From an uncultured delta proteobacterium (lineage in GTDB: Bacteria; Myxococcota; Myxococcia; Myxococcales; Anaeromyxobacteraceae): a stretch of DNA of 64,000 bases. Shown here one piece after another: positions 50,655 to 59,973 of the stretch; position 1 is the stretch's first letter, and every line of letters begins with the position of its first letter. The notes beneath the pieces are model-generated. The model was not told the DNA's origin and made no database searches. It saw only the letters and a program-made list of their open reading frames with translations. The DNA is taken from NCBI GenBank assembly GCA_963814585.1, contig CAWFDF010000012.1, positions 352,001 to 416,000 of the forward strand, read 5' to 3'. Both the position numbers and the translations under genes were made by a program.

Positions 50655-52073
50655 GTGATCCCCCTCAAGCCGATGCTGAAGCGGGCCCTGACCCCGCTGG
50701 TCCGATTCGATGGGCCGTGGTGGGCTCCAGCCCGAGCCTGGCCTGTGGGGCCTGCAGGTGAGCGGCGAGGGCCGCCTGTCCTACCAGGGCATCGACCTCC
50801 CGGCCCTCTGCCAGCGCCGCGGTTCGCCCGTCCACGTGGTCCTGGCCGAGCGCCTGCGCCTGGCCGCCCAGGCCTACCAGGCCGTGCCGCCCGGCCACGC
50901 GGTCGGCGCCGAGATCTACTCCTCGTACAAGACCAACCCGGTCCCGGGGGTGCTGCGGCTGCTGCACGACCAGGGCGTCGGAGCCGAGGTCATCTCCGAG
51001 TACGAGCTCTGGCTGGCGCTGCGCCTCGGGGTCCCGCCGGAGCGGATCATCTACAACGGCCCGGCCAAGTCGAGGGCGTCCATCCGCACCGCCATCGAGA
51101 AGGACATCCTGCTGATCGGCGTGAACCACCGGGAGGAGATCCCGGCCCTGGTCGAGGCGGCGCGCGAGCTGGGGCGGAGGCCCCGCGTCGCCGTCCGCGT
51201 CACCACCGCCGGCGGCTGGTCCAACCAGTTCGGCAGCCCCATCGCCGGCGGCCAGGCCCTGGAGACGGTCCGGGAGGCCCAGGCCTCCGGAGCGCTTCGG
51301 GTCTGCGCCCTCCACTCCCACCTCGGGCGGCAGGTCCGTACCCGCGCCCAGGCCGTGGACCACGTCCGGGCGGTGCTGGCCTTCGCCGATACGCTCCGCG
51401 CGCGGCTCGGCCTGGAGCTCGAGCTGCTCGATCTCGGCGGCAGCCTGGCCTGCCCCACCGTCACCCCCATCTCGACGCTGGCCCAGCGCCTCGCCGGATC
51501 GTTCCAGCGCGAGCCGTCCCCGCCCGATCCCGCCCTCACCATCGGCATCGGCGACTACGTCGCCACCTTGATGGAGAGGTCCGCGCCCACGCCCAGGCCG
51601 CCGGCCGCCCCGCGCCGCGGGTGCTGCTCGAGCCGGGCCGGTCGATGACCGCCTCGACGCAGATCCTGCTCTGCACCGTCCTCTCACCCAAGGACGGCAC
51701 CGGCGCCATCCCCTTCGCCGTCCTCGACGCCGGCATCAACCTGGCCGAGTCCATGCGGGCGGAGTACCACCACGTCTTCCACGCCAGCCGGATGACCGAA
51801 GCCCGCAGCCAGCTGGTGGTGCTGGCCGGCCCCATCTGCTCCCCGGGCGACGTCCTCCGCTGGGCCGTCTCGCTGCCACCGCTCCGGGCCGGCGACACCC
51901 TCGCCATCATGGACGCCGGCGCCTACTTCGTCCCGTTCGAGACCGCCTTCTCGTTCCCCCGGCCGCCGATCGTGATGATCGACGGTGGCCGGGAGCACCT
52001 GCTTCGACGCGCCCAGAGCTTCGAGGACCTGGTGCGCTGCGACGAACAACCGGGCGCCGGGCCGCCGGACTGA
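50655..52073 (+). CDS. PLP-dependent diaminopimelate/ornithine decarboxylase-family enzyme (apparent frameshifts ~50710, ~51575)
   Basis: YSSYKTN, IYNGPAK, HSHLG, DLGGS, LEPGR, GPICSPGD, DAGAY. Confidence 0.85.
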   Translation: MIPLKPMLKRALTPLVRFDGPWWAPARAWPVGPAGERRGPPVLPGHRPPGPLPAPRFARPRGPGRAPAPGRPGLPGRAARPRGRRRDLLLVQDQPGPGGAAAAARPGRRSRGHLRVRALAGAAPRGPAGADHLQRPGQVEGVHPHRHREGHPADRREPPGGDPGPGRGGARAGAEAPRRRPRHHRRRLVQPVRQPHRRRPGPGDGPGGPGLRSASGLRPPLPPRAAGPYPRPGRGPRPGGAGLRRYAPRAARPGARAARSRRQPGLPHRHPHLDAGPAPRRIVPARAVPARSRPHHRHRRLRRHLDGEVRAHAQAAGRPAPRVLLEPGRSMTASTQILLCTVLSPKDGTGAIPFAVLDAGINLAESMRAEYHHVFHASRMTEARSQLVVLAGPICSPGDVLRWAVSLPPLRAGDTLAIMDAGAYFVPFETAFSFPRPPIVMIDGGREHLLRRAQSFEDLVRCDEQPGAGPPD

Positions 52074-52088
52074 GCGGAGGAGGGAGCC

Positions 52089-52808
52089 GTGATCCGCAGA
52101 CTCCTGGAGCTCCTGCACGCCGATCCCTATGGCAACCTCGGCAGCGACCAGACCTGGTCGCGCCTCGCCAAGCTGGCCTCGCCACGCTACCTGCGGAGCA
52201 AGGTGGCGCTCATCGCCTACGAGTCCGCCCACCCCGACGCCCCGTGGTTCACCCGGGACGCCATCGAGCGGCTCGAGGGCTGGCTGCGCCCGAGCTTCCG
52301 GGGCCTGGAGTTCGGCTCGGGGAGGAGCACCCCGTGGCTGGCGCGGCGGAGCGAGTGGCTGGTCTCGGTGGAGCACCACCCGGGGTGGTTCGCGCAGGTG
52401 GCGCGACGCCTCGCCGAGGAGGGCATCGGCAACGTCGATCACCGGCTGGTGGACGAGGCGGACTACGCGTCGGTGAGCGACGGCTTCCCCGACGCCCACT
52501 TCGACTACGTGGTGATCGACGGCCTGCAACGCGACGAGACGCTCCTGCGCGCCACCCGGCTGCTGCGCCCGGGGGGCTGGATCATCTTCGACAACGCCAA
52601 CTGGTACCTGCGGAGCCCGAGCCGGACCCCCCACTCCCGGCCGCCTGGCGGCCCGGCGGCCTCGCCGGCCTTCGAGCGCGCCGAGCGGATCCTCTCGTCC
52701 TGGTCGCTCCGCTGGACGACCAACGGCGTCAACGACACGCTCCTCGCCGCCAAGCCGGAGCCGGACGCGGCCCTATCCGGCCCGGGCGACGCCGGTCACG
52801 GGACGTAG
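52089..52808 (+). CDS. Class I SAM-dependent methyltransferase
   Basis: PWFT, LEFGSGRST, SVEHH, FDYVVIDG, LRPGGWIIFDN. Confidence 0.85.
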   Translation: MIRRLLELLHADPYGNLGSDQTWSRLAKLASPRYLRSKVALIAYESAHPDAPWFTRDAIERLEGWLRPSFRGLEFGSGRSTPWLARRSEWLVSVEHHPGWFAQVARRLAEEGIGNVDHRLVDEADYASVSDGFPDAHFDYVVIDGLQRDETLLRATRLLRPGGWIIFDNANWYLRSPSRTPHSRPPGGPAASPAFERAERILSSWSLRWTTNGVNDTLLAAKPEPDAALSGPGDAGHGT

Positions 52809-55800
52809 ACGAAGACCGCGTCCGGCGTGAACAGGCCGTCGACCCAGCGGACCCGCCCGCTCGGCTCCAGGGTGAGGGCCCGCTTCGCCGAGTAGTGGCT
52901 GGTCACGGTGAGCACCGGGCCGTCGAAGCCGTTCACCAGCTGGACCTGGTTGCCGCCGGGCACTCCGGCGTCGAGGAAGGCGACCCAGTCGCCGGCCACG
53001 GCGAAGGTGCCCTGGTAGAGACCGGTGTTGGTGGAGAGGCGCCGCTCCCGGTCGTCCGCGGTGTTGAAGACGCCGTCGGCCCCGGCGTCGCGCAGGTGGA
53101 CCCCGGCCTGGTCGGCGACGACCAGGCGCCGCCCGGAGACCGCCAGGGACGGGCCGTCGAAGTGGGTCCCGGCGACCGGGCTGCCGGTGGCGTGGAGCAT
53201 GAACGTGGCTGGCGTGTCGTCGGCCCCGGCGCCGAAGGCGAGATCGGGCCCGGCGTCGTAGACGCAGAGCCGCGTGTTGATGTCGTCGCAGGTGAAGAAG
53301 GCCTGGCGCGCCGTGACCCCCCAGGCCCTGGCCCAGTTGGAGTTCTCGCCGACCGGGTAGACGTCGACGACCGCGCCACCGGTGGCGGCGTTCCGCAGCA
53401 GCCCACCCCGAGGGTCGATGACCTTGGTGTGGGCGACGCCGGCGACGTTCTCCACCACCAGCGCCTTCCCGCCACCGGCGGCGACCCCGAGGTAGTAGCT
53501 GGCGCCGGGGTTGCTGTAGACCCTGGCCGAGGGAGCTGCCCCGGCGAAGTAGCGGCCCGTGGCCGGGTCCGGGTCGTACACCCAGATCCCGTCGAAGTTG
53601 GCGCCGGAGACGAGGTCGCTCCCGGTCACGGCGAAGAAGTCGTGGGCTGGCCCGACCGTCTCGCTCCCCGCCGCGGTCCGGGCCGTGATCCCGGCGCTCT
53701 CCGGCCTGTAGAAGGTGGTCCCCGAGCCCTCCGAGGCGAGCACGCTGCCGTAGGAGGCGAGCGGGACCGGGCCGACGATGTCCCAGCGCAGCACCGAGAG
53801 GTCGAGCGCCAGGATGTCGCGGTAGTCGCTGCTGTAGGTGAGGAGCGACCCGGACAGGCTCGGCGAGACCCGCGGCGACGAGGACGGTCGGATGGCCTCC
53901 TGGACGTCGTCGGCGGTTCCGAAGGTCCCGTCCACGCCCGAGGCCCAGTGGGCCAGGTGGTTGCCCGTCCCGTACTCGGTCAGGACCACGTGGTTGCCCT
54001 CCAGGGCCATCCCGCTGGGCGCCCCGGACGACGGGTAGGCGACCTGGACGGTCGGATCGCCCGCCTCGAAGGAGAGGTTGCCGCCGGTGGTGCGCAGCCA
54101 GAGCGAGCCGGCGTCGTACCAGGCGACCCTCGCGCTGTCGGAGGAGAGGGCGGCCAGGGTGGCGGTCGCCGGGAGGTCCATGGCCGTGGTCCCCGAGGCG
54201 AATGAGCCCGAGGGGCTGGCGTTGATGACGTGCCAGGCGGAGCTGGTGCAGGTCGGGCAGGTGGCGGCAGCGTAGAGGATGGCCCGCTCGCCCATGGAGA
54301 TGCCGGAGTCGGAGTGGCTCATGGAGTTGAAGGGGCCCAGGGCGGCGACCACGTCGTCGGCCGTGCCGACCAGGCCGTCGGCACCCGCCTCCCGGACCCG
54401 GATGATGCTGGTGTCGGTGGTGGTGTTCCGCTCCACCCAGGCCATCCGCTCGCCCACGGCCACCACGGCGTTGAACGCGGTCGAGGCGCCCGCGGTGGCG
54501 ACCACCGTGGCCACGTCGTCGGCCGTGCACCAGGCGCCATCGGGGCCCGGCCGCCGGAGCCGGATGGCGCCGTACTCCGCCACCGCCACCAGCCCCTGGT
54601 GGGCCGGCACCACGCCCCGGTCGAGCCCGGTGGCGATGGAGCTCCCGACCTCGCAGCGCGGATCGTCGGCGTCGGGCCGGCGGTCGGCGCCCAGGTCCAC
54701 GATCATCCCGGCGTACTGGACGGCGGGGATCTGGGCGTAGTAGCCGACCAGCGTCCCGCGGACGTTGGGGATCATCTCGGAGGCGATGGTGCCGGCGACG
54801 ATCTGGGCGGTGGCGTCGGCGGTCACCTGTTGCGCCACGCCCGGGCCGACGTTGCCGGCCCGATCGACGGCCCGGACCGCGATGGTGTTGGAGGTGCCCT
54901 CGGTGAGCGCGGCCCGGAACCCCTTGAGCGTGGTGCCGTCGCAGCGGAGCCGGTCGTCGGTGCAGGCGCAGGCGCCGCAGGGCGCCCAGGCGCCGCTGGC
55001 GCTGCAGGCGGCCTGCGGGCAGACCGGCTGGAAGCCGGCGCCGGTGTCGAGCTCGACGTGGGCGATCCCCTGCCAGTCCCCGCCGCCGGCGGTCGCGTCG
55101 GTCGCGGCCCCGGTGACCATGAAGTCGACCCAGGGGGCACGCACCGTGAGCTGGAACGGGTCGTAGTTCGGCGCCAGCCGCGGCGGGGTGGGGAGGGAGA
55201 GGTCGCTCACCACCGAGGTGGCGGCCAGGCCACCGGCGTTCCCGGCGCGATCGACGGCCCGGGCCCAGACGCAGGTCCGCCGGCCGGCGGCGAGCGAGAG
55301 GGCGAAGGTCGAGGTGCTGGAGGCGAAGCCGCAGCTGGAGCCGCCGCTCGAGCAGCTGCAGGCGGTCGCCGACGCGCTGCAGGTGCAGGGAGCGCAGGCG
55401 GTCGTGGCCGCCTGGTCGAGGGTGCAGACCTGGTACCCGTCGAAGTTGGCGTCGGCCTCGCCCCCGGAGATGGTCACCGAGGAGGTGGTCGCGTCGACCC
55501 AGCTCCGCGGCGTGGAGATGCTCGGCGTCGGCGGCACGATGCCGTCGGAGACCACCGTGGTGGCCGAGGCCGGTCCGGCGTTGCCCACCCAGTCGACGGC
55601 CCGCACCTGGACGGTGCTGATCGCGTTGGCGGCCAGGCCGGTGACCGGGAGCGTCGTGGCTGCTCCGGGGATGGCCGCCACCACCGGGGCCGACGCCCAG
55701 TTGGGGGCGGCGCCGACCGCCACCTGGTAGCCGCGGAAGTTGGTGGCCGGCGCGGTGGCGTCGGTCGCGCCGGCGGTGACCGGAAGCGAAGCGCTGGTGG

Positions 55801-58800
55801 ACTGGACGTGGCCGGCGGACCCACCGGCCGGCGGCGTGGCGAGGCCCAGCGCGAGCGCCCCCGGGGCCAGCGCGTCGGTGCAACGGACGCTCCCGGGGAT
55901 GGTGGTGGTGGCTCCTTCCGGGACGGTGGCGGTCGCGAAATCCGCGCAGGTCCGGTTGGCGCTGGTGGCGAGGACGTCGTAGCGGCCGGGCGGGAGGGGG
56001 CCGACCGACCAGCCGCCGCCGGCCCCGCTGGCGCCGCCGGCCGAGTAGGCGACGCCGTTGAAGGCGGTCCCCGTCACGCTCACGGCGACCCCGGCGCTGG
56101 TCGGGTTGGCCCCGGCACCGCCGGCGTCGTCCCACAGCAGGGTGGTGCCGGCCAGGGTCGCGGCGTTCACCACCAGCGTGAGGGTGGTCGGGACCGTCAC
56201 CGTGGAGTCGGCGACCCCGGTCACGGCCGTCGAGGCCTGGACGAAGCCCGCCTTCCGGGCCGTCACGGTGAACTGCCCGCCGCCGAGGCTCACCGGGACG
56301 TCGGTGAAGCGGTAGGTGCCGGCCGCGTCGCTCACCGCCGCCGGGACCGGGACGTCGGTGCCGCCGAGCGTCACCACCGCCCCGGAGAAGTCGGTCCCCA
56401 CGGGGAAGCCGGGGATGGCCCCGGCGGAGAGCCCGATCTGGCCGGCGATGGCGCCGGTGGAGACCTGCAGCGTCACCGGGGGCGCGACGACCGCGGTGCC
56501 GGTCACGGTCAGCCCGACCATCGCCTGGGCGTCGTAGCCGGCCCTGGCGATGGTGAGCCCGTAGCTGCCGCTGGGGAGGCCGCTGAAGGCGTAGGCGCCC
56601 GTCGGGGAGGTGCTCGCGGCCCGCGTGACGACTCCACCGTTCACGTCGGCGCCCGCCAGGGCCACGTCGATGCCGCCGTTCGAGCCGGACGGCCTGGCCA
56701 CGGTGGCCACGCCGGAGATGGAGCCGGTGGTGGCGAGGACCAGGGTCGCTGCCGGGACCGTGGTGACCTCGCCGCCGCTCACCGGAAAGGCCGGGCTGGA
56801 CGTGGACGCGTAGTCGGGGCGGGTGAAGGTGGCGACGTAGCCGGTCCCGATCCGGAGCCGATCGATGGTCCAGCGCCCCGAGCCGTCGGTCACGCCGCTG
56901 GCGGTGTCGGGGCCTCCGCTGACCGTGACCACGGTGCCGGCCTGGCTGGCGGCGCCGGTCGCGGTCGCCGTCCCGGTGGCGGCGCCCCGGCTCGCGGCCA
57001 GCGAGAGCCGACCCAGGCTGGTCGCCTGCCCGGTCGAGATCGACACGCCGACCGGGGCCGGGGTGTCGAAGCCGGCCAGGCCGAAGGCGAGCTGGTAGCT
57101 GCCGGCGACCAGCCCGGCGAGCGAGTAGGTCCCGTCGAGGGCGGTCGGGCTGGTGGTCAGGCTGACGCCCTGGCCGCGGAAGTCGCTGCCCGTGAGGCGC
57201 ACGGTGATGCCCCGTGGGTCGGCGCCGCCCTCGAGGACCGCCACGCCGGAGACCGCCGCCGACGCGATCGGCGAGAGGGGCAGCGTGGCCAGCGTGCTCG
57301 TCAGGCTGGGCGCCACCGTGGCCGCCAGCCCGGTCCTCGGCTGCCAGTTCGGGTCGAGGCGTGCCGTGACCGTCCAGACCCCGACCGGCAGGCCGTCCAG
57401 GGACCAGGCGCCGGAGCCGTCGGTCACGGTCGAGGAGCTCTGGCCCGCCTTGGCGGCCGTCACCACGATCCCCGCCGACGACGCCGATCCGCTCAGCGTG
57501 AAGATCCCGGCCAGCCCGCCCCGGGAGATGGGCAGCGTCACGTCGAACAGCGTCACGTCGCCGCCCGGGGCGGTCACCACCTGGGCCCGCTGCGAGGCGT
57601 GGTCGGTCCGCTCGAAGACCACCGTGTGCGTGCCGGCGCCCACGCCGGTGAGCGACCAGGACCCGTCCGGCAGCGTCACCGTCGTCAGCGCCGTCGCGCC
57701 CTCCACCCGCACGGTGGTCCCGGCGAAGCCGCCCGGGGTGCCGCCCTCGAAGAACGCGCTCCCCCGCATCATCCCGGGGATGGCCGCCAGCGTCACCGGC
57801 GTCGCCGTCACGGGCGTCCGGGCCGTCGCCGTCACCGTGCCGGTCCCCGGCGCGAAGCCGGGTGCCTTCACGTAGTCGATGGCGTAGATCCCCACCGGCA
57901 GCAGGTCGACGCGCCAGTTCCCGGTGCCGTCGGTCAGCGCCGCCGCGACCGGCAGCGACCCCGCCGACTTCGGCCAGGGGGTCAGGCTCACCTGGATCCC
58001 GGCGTGATCGCCCATCCCCTCCAGCCGCGCCACCCCAAGGACCGACCCGGACTCCCGGATCAGGCTCACCGGCGGCAGGTCGGTCCCCGCCGCCGGGGCC
58101 ACCGCCGCCGCCGTCGACACCATGGCGTGGTCGACGAGCTCGTAGGTCACCGAGTACGTCCCGGCGGGCAGGTTCGACACCAGGTAACTCCCGTCGGCCG
58201 GGGACGGATGCGCCGAGCCCTCGTACGGCGTGCCGCCCAGCGTCGTGCCGCGGGCCCGGACCAGCGCCTGGTCCGGCCCCACCGCCCCCCCGACGACGAC
58301 CACCGAGCCGGCCAGCCACCCCGGGTCCGAGTCGAGCCGCACCTCGCCGACGGTCGCGAAGCCCTCGTCGGTCACCACGGCGGTCAGCGTGCCGGCCCGG
58401 TACCCGAGGCGGGTGGCCTCGAGCGTGTGACTCCCCACCGGCACCGACGCCAGCGCGAAGCTTCCGTCGCCGGCGGTGATGGCCGACTCCGAGAGGCCAT
58501 GCACCGTCACCACCGCGCCGCCGGTCGTCTCCTGCGTGCTGTCGGGCAGCACCAGGGCCACCCGGCCCAGGATCCCGCCGCGAATGGCCGACAGCGCCAG
58601 CGGTGGTACCACCACGGTGGTGCCGCCGTCGTCGAGCAGGACCGTGACGCCCAGGATCGACTCCTCGCGGTAGCCGCTCCGGCTGGCCCTGACCACGTAG
58701 ACGCCGGCGGGAACCTCCGACGCCGTCCAGGCGCCGGTCGAGTCGGTCACCGCCGTTCGCGTGGCCCGGGCCCCGGTCACGCTGACGTCCACGCCGGCGA

Positions 58801-58975
58801 GCGCCGGCGCGCCGCCGCCGAGCGCCTCGAGGGTCACCGTTCCCGCCAGCCGCGCCTTGGCCTGATCCGCCACCGGCGTCTCCGGATCGAAGGGGTTCGA
58901 GTGCGTCAGATCGTCACAGCCGGCGGCGAGCAAGGCGGTGGCGAGCGCGAGGCCGCGGGCATTCGACCGGTGCAT
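52796..58975 (-). CDS. Giant surface lipoprotein (~2060 aa) with tandem carboxypeptidase-regulatory-like (Cna/prealbumin-like) domains and C-terminal propeller-like region
   Basis: Lipobox LLAAGC then NPFDP; ~10 repeats TDxxGx(W/Y)...GxY.(V/L)...GY; FN3-like RAVD(W/R)xGN; GxDGxxxTADD repeats. Confidence 0.8.
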   Translation of the reverse strand: MHRSNARGLALATALLAAGCDDLTHSNPFDPETPVADQAKARLAGTVTLEALGGGAPALAGVDVSVTGARATRTAVTDSTGAWTASEVPAGVYVVRASRSGYREESILGVTVLLDDGGTTVVVPPLALSAIRGGILGRVALVLPDSTQETTGGAVVTVHGLSESAITAGDGSFALASVPVGSHTLEATRLGYRAGTLTAVVTDEGFATVGEVRLDSDPGWLAGSVVVVGGAVGPDQALVRARGTTLGGTPYEGSAHPSPADGSYLVSNLPAGTYSVTYELVDHAMVSTAAAVAPAAGTDLPPVSLIRESGSVLGVARLEGMGDHAGIQVSLTPWPKSAGSLPVAAALTDGTGNWRVDLLPVGIYAIDYVKAPGFAPGTGTVTATARTPVTATPVTLAAIPGMMRGSAFFEGGTPGGFAGTTVRVEGATALTTVTLPDGSWSLTGVGAGTHTVVFERTDHASQRAQVVTAPGGDVTLFDVTLPISRGGLAGIFTLSGSASSAGIVVTAAKAGQSSSTVTDGSGAWSLDGLPVGVWTVTARLDPNWQPRTGLAATVAPSLTSTLATLPLSPIASAAVSGVAVLEGGADPRGITVRLTGSDFRGQGVSLTTSPTALDGTYSLAGLVAGSYQLAFGLAGFDTPAPVGVSISTGQATSLGRLSLAASRGAATGTATATGAASQAGTVVTVSGGPDTASGVTDGSGRWTIDRLRIGTGYVATFTRPDYASTSSPAFPVSGGEVTTVPAATLVLATTGSISGVATVARPSGSNGGIDVALAGADVNGGVVTRAASTSPTGAYAFSGLPSGSYGLTIARAGYDAQAMVGLTVTGTAVVAPPVTLQVSTGAIAGQIGLSAGAIPGFPVGTDFSGAVVTLGGTDVPVPAAVSDAAGTYRFTDVPVSLGGGQFTVTARKAGFVQASTAVTGVADSTVTVPTTLTLVVNAATLAGTTLLWDDAGGAGANPTSAGVAVSVTGTAFNGVAYSAGGASGAGGGWSVGPLPPGRYDVLATSANRTCADFATATVPEGATTTIPGSVRCTDALAPGALALGLATPPAGGSAGHVQSTSASLPVTAGATDATAPATNFRGYQVAVGAAPNWASAPVVAAIPGAATTLPVTGLAANAISTVQVRAVDWVGNAGPASATTVVSDGIVPPTPSISTPRSWVDATTSSVTISGGEADANFDGYQVCTLDQAATTACAPCTCSASATACSCSSGGSSCGFASSTSTFALSLAAGRRTCVWARAVDRAGNAGGLAATSVVSDLSLPTPPRLAPNYDPFQLTVRAPWVDFMVTGAATDATAGGGDWQGIAHVELDTGAGFQPVCPQAACSASGAWAPCGACACTDDRLRCDGTTLKGFRAALTEGTSNTIAVRAVDRAGNVGPGVAQQVTADATAQIVAGTIASEMIPNVRGTLVGYYAQIPAVQYAGMIVDLGADRRPDADDPRCEVGSSIATGLDRGVVPAHQGLVAVAEYGAIRLRRPGPDGAWCTADDVATVVATAGASTAFNAVVAVGERMAWVERNTTTDTSIIRVREAGADGLVGTADDVVAALGPFNSMSHSDSGISMGERAILYAAATCPTCTSSAWHVINASPSGSFASGTTAMDLPATATLAALSSDSARVAWYDAGSLWLRTTGGNLSFEAGDPTVQVAYPSSGAPSGMALEGNHVVLTEYGTGNHLAHWASGVDGTFGTADDVQEAIRPSSSPRVSPSLSGSLLTYSSDYRDILALDLSVLRWDIVGPVPLASYGSVLASEGSGTTFYRPESAGITARTAAGSETVGPAHDFFAVTGSDLVSGANFDGIWVYDPDPATGRYFAGAAPSARVYSNPGASYYLGVAAGGGKALVVENVAGVAHTKVIDPRGGLLRNAATGGAVVDVYPVGENSNWARAWGVTARQAFFTCDDINTRLCVYDAGPDLAFGAGADDTPATFMLHATGSPVAGTHFDGPSLAVSGRRLVVADQAGVHLRDAGADGVFNTADDRERRLSTNTGLYQGTFAVAGDWVAFLDAGVPGGNQVQLVNGFDGPVLTVTSHYSAKRALTLEPSGRVRWVDGLFTPDAVFVYVP

Positions 58976-59112
58976 GTGCATCCCCCTGGGGGCTGGACTC
59001 CGGCCCGATTACCGCACCCTTCAATGACGGTTGTCGAGCGAAAGGACCGGAGCGGACGCTGGAGCGAGCCCCGCCCTTGCCGGACGGGAGCGGGCATGCC
59101 ACGGTCTCCCGG

Positions 59113-59826
59113 ATGGCCAGTGGACTGCAGGCCGCGCCGTCCGCCTTCCGCGGCTTCCCCGACGCCCGGGGGGACTTCTTCCTCGCCCTGGCGCTCCACA
59201 ACGACCGCGACTGGTTCCAGGCGCACCGGGCCGAGTACGAGCAGGGCTGGGCCGCGCCCATGGCGGCCCTCCTCGACGAGGTGCGCGAGGGGCTGGGCAG
59301 CGCCTACGGGCGGCGGGCCCTGGGCGCCCCCAAGGTCTTCCGCCTCAACCGCGACGTCCGCTTCAGCAAGGACAAGACCCCCTACAAGACGCACGTGGCG
59401 GGCTGGATTCCGATGGAGACCGGGGGCAAGGCCAGTCCCGGCGCCACCCCGGCGGCGATCTACCTCCACGTCGGCGTGGACGAGCGCTTCACCGGGAGCG
59501 GGTGCTGGGCGCTGGAGCCCGACGCCCTGAAGCGGTACCGGGCGGCGCTCCTCGACGCCCGGCGGGGCGCCGCGCTGGCCCGGCGGCTGGCCGAGCTCAC
59601 CGCCCGAGGCTTCTCGACCTCCTCGGCCGAGACCCTGGCCCGCGTCCCGGCCGGCGTGGACCCGGCCCACCCGCGGGCCGCGCTGCTCCGCATGAAGGGG
59701 CTGGTGGTGGTCCCCGGCGACGTGCCGAGGCGGCTCATCACCCGGCCGGCGCTGGCCGGCTGGCTGGTCGAGCAGGGTCGCGCCGCCGCGCCGGTGGTGA
59801 GCTGGCTGGCGGATCACGTGGCGTGA
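59113..59826 (+). CDS. DUF2461 (TIGR02453) family protein
   Basis: HNDRDWFQAHRAEYE, FRLNRDVRFSKDKTPYKT. Confidence 0.9.
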   Translation: MASGLQAAPSAFRGFPDARGDFFLALALHNDRDWFQAHRAEYEQGWAAPMAALLDEVREGLGSAYGRRALGAPKVFRLNRDVRFSKDKTPYKTHVAGWIPMETGGKASPGATPAAIYLHVGVDERFTGSGCWALEPDALKRYRAALLDARRGAALARRLAELTARGFSTSSAETLARVPAGVDPAHPRAALLRMKGLVVVPGDVPRRLITRPALAGWLVEQGRAAAPVVSWLADHVA

Positions 59827-59973
59827 GGCGGGGCCGGCCATCGAGGTGCGGTCCAGACGTCTGGACTCAACCCGGGCACCGAAGGAGGATCTCGGACGGA
59901 CTCAAGTCGGCTTCGCCCACATGGGCTGGCCGACGCTACCAGGGGCTTGGTCCGCCGATGGTATCGTGACCTC

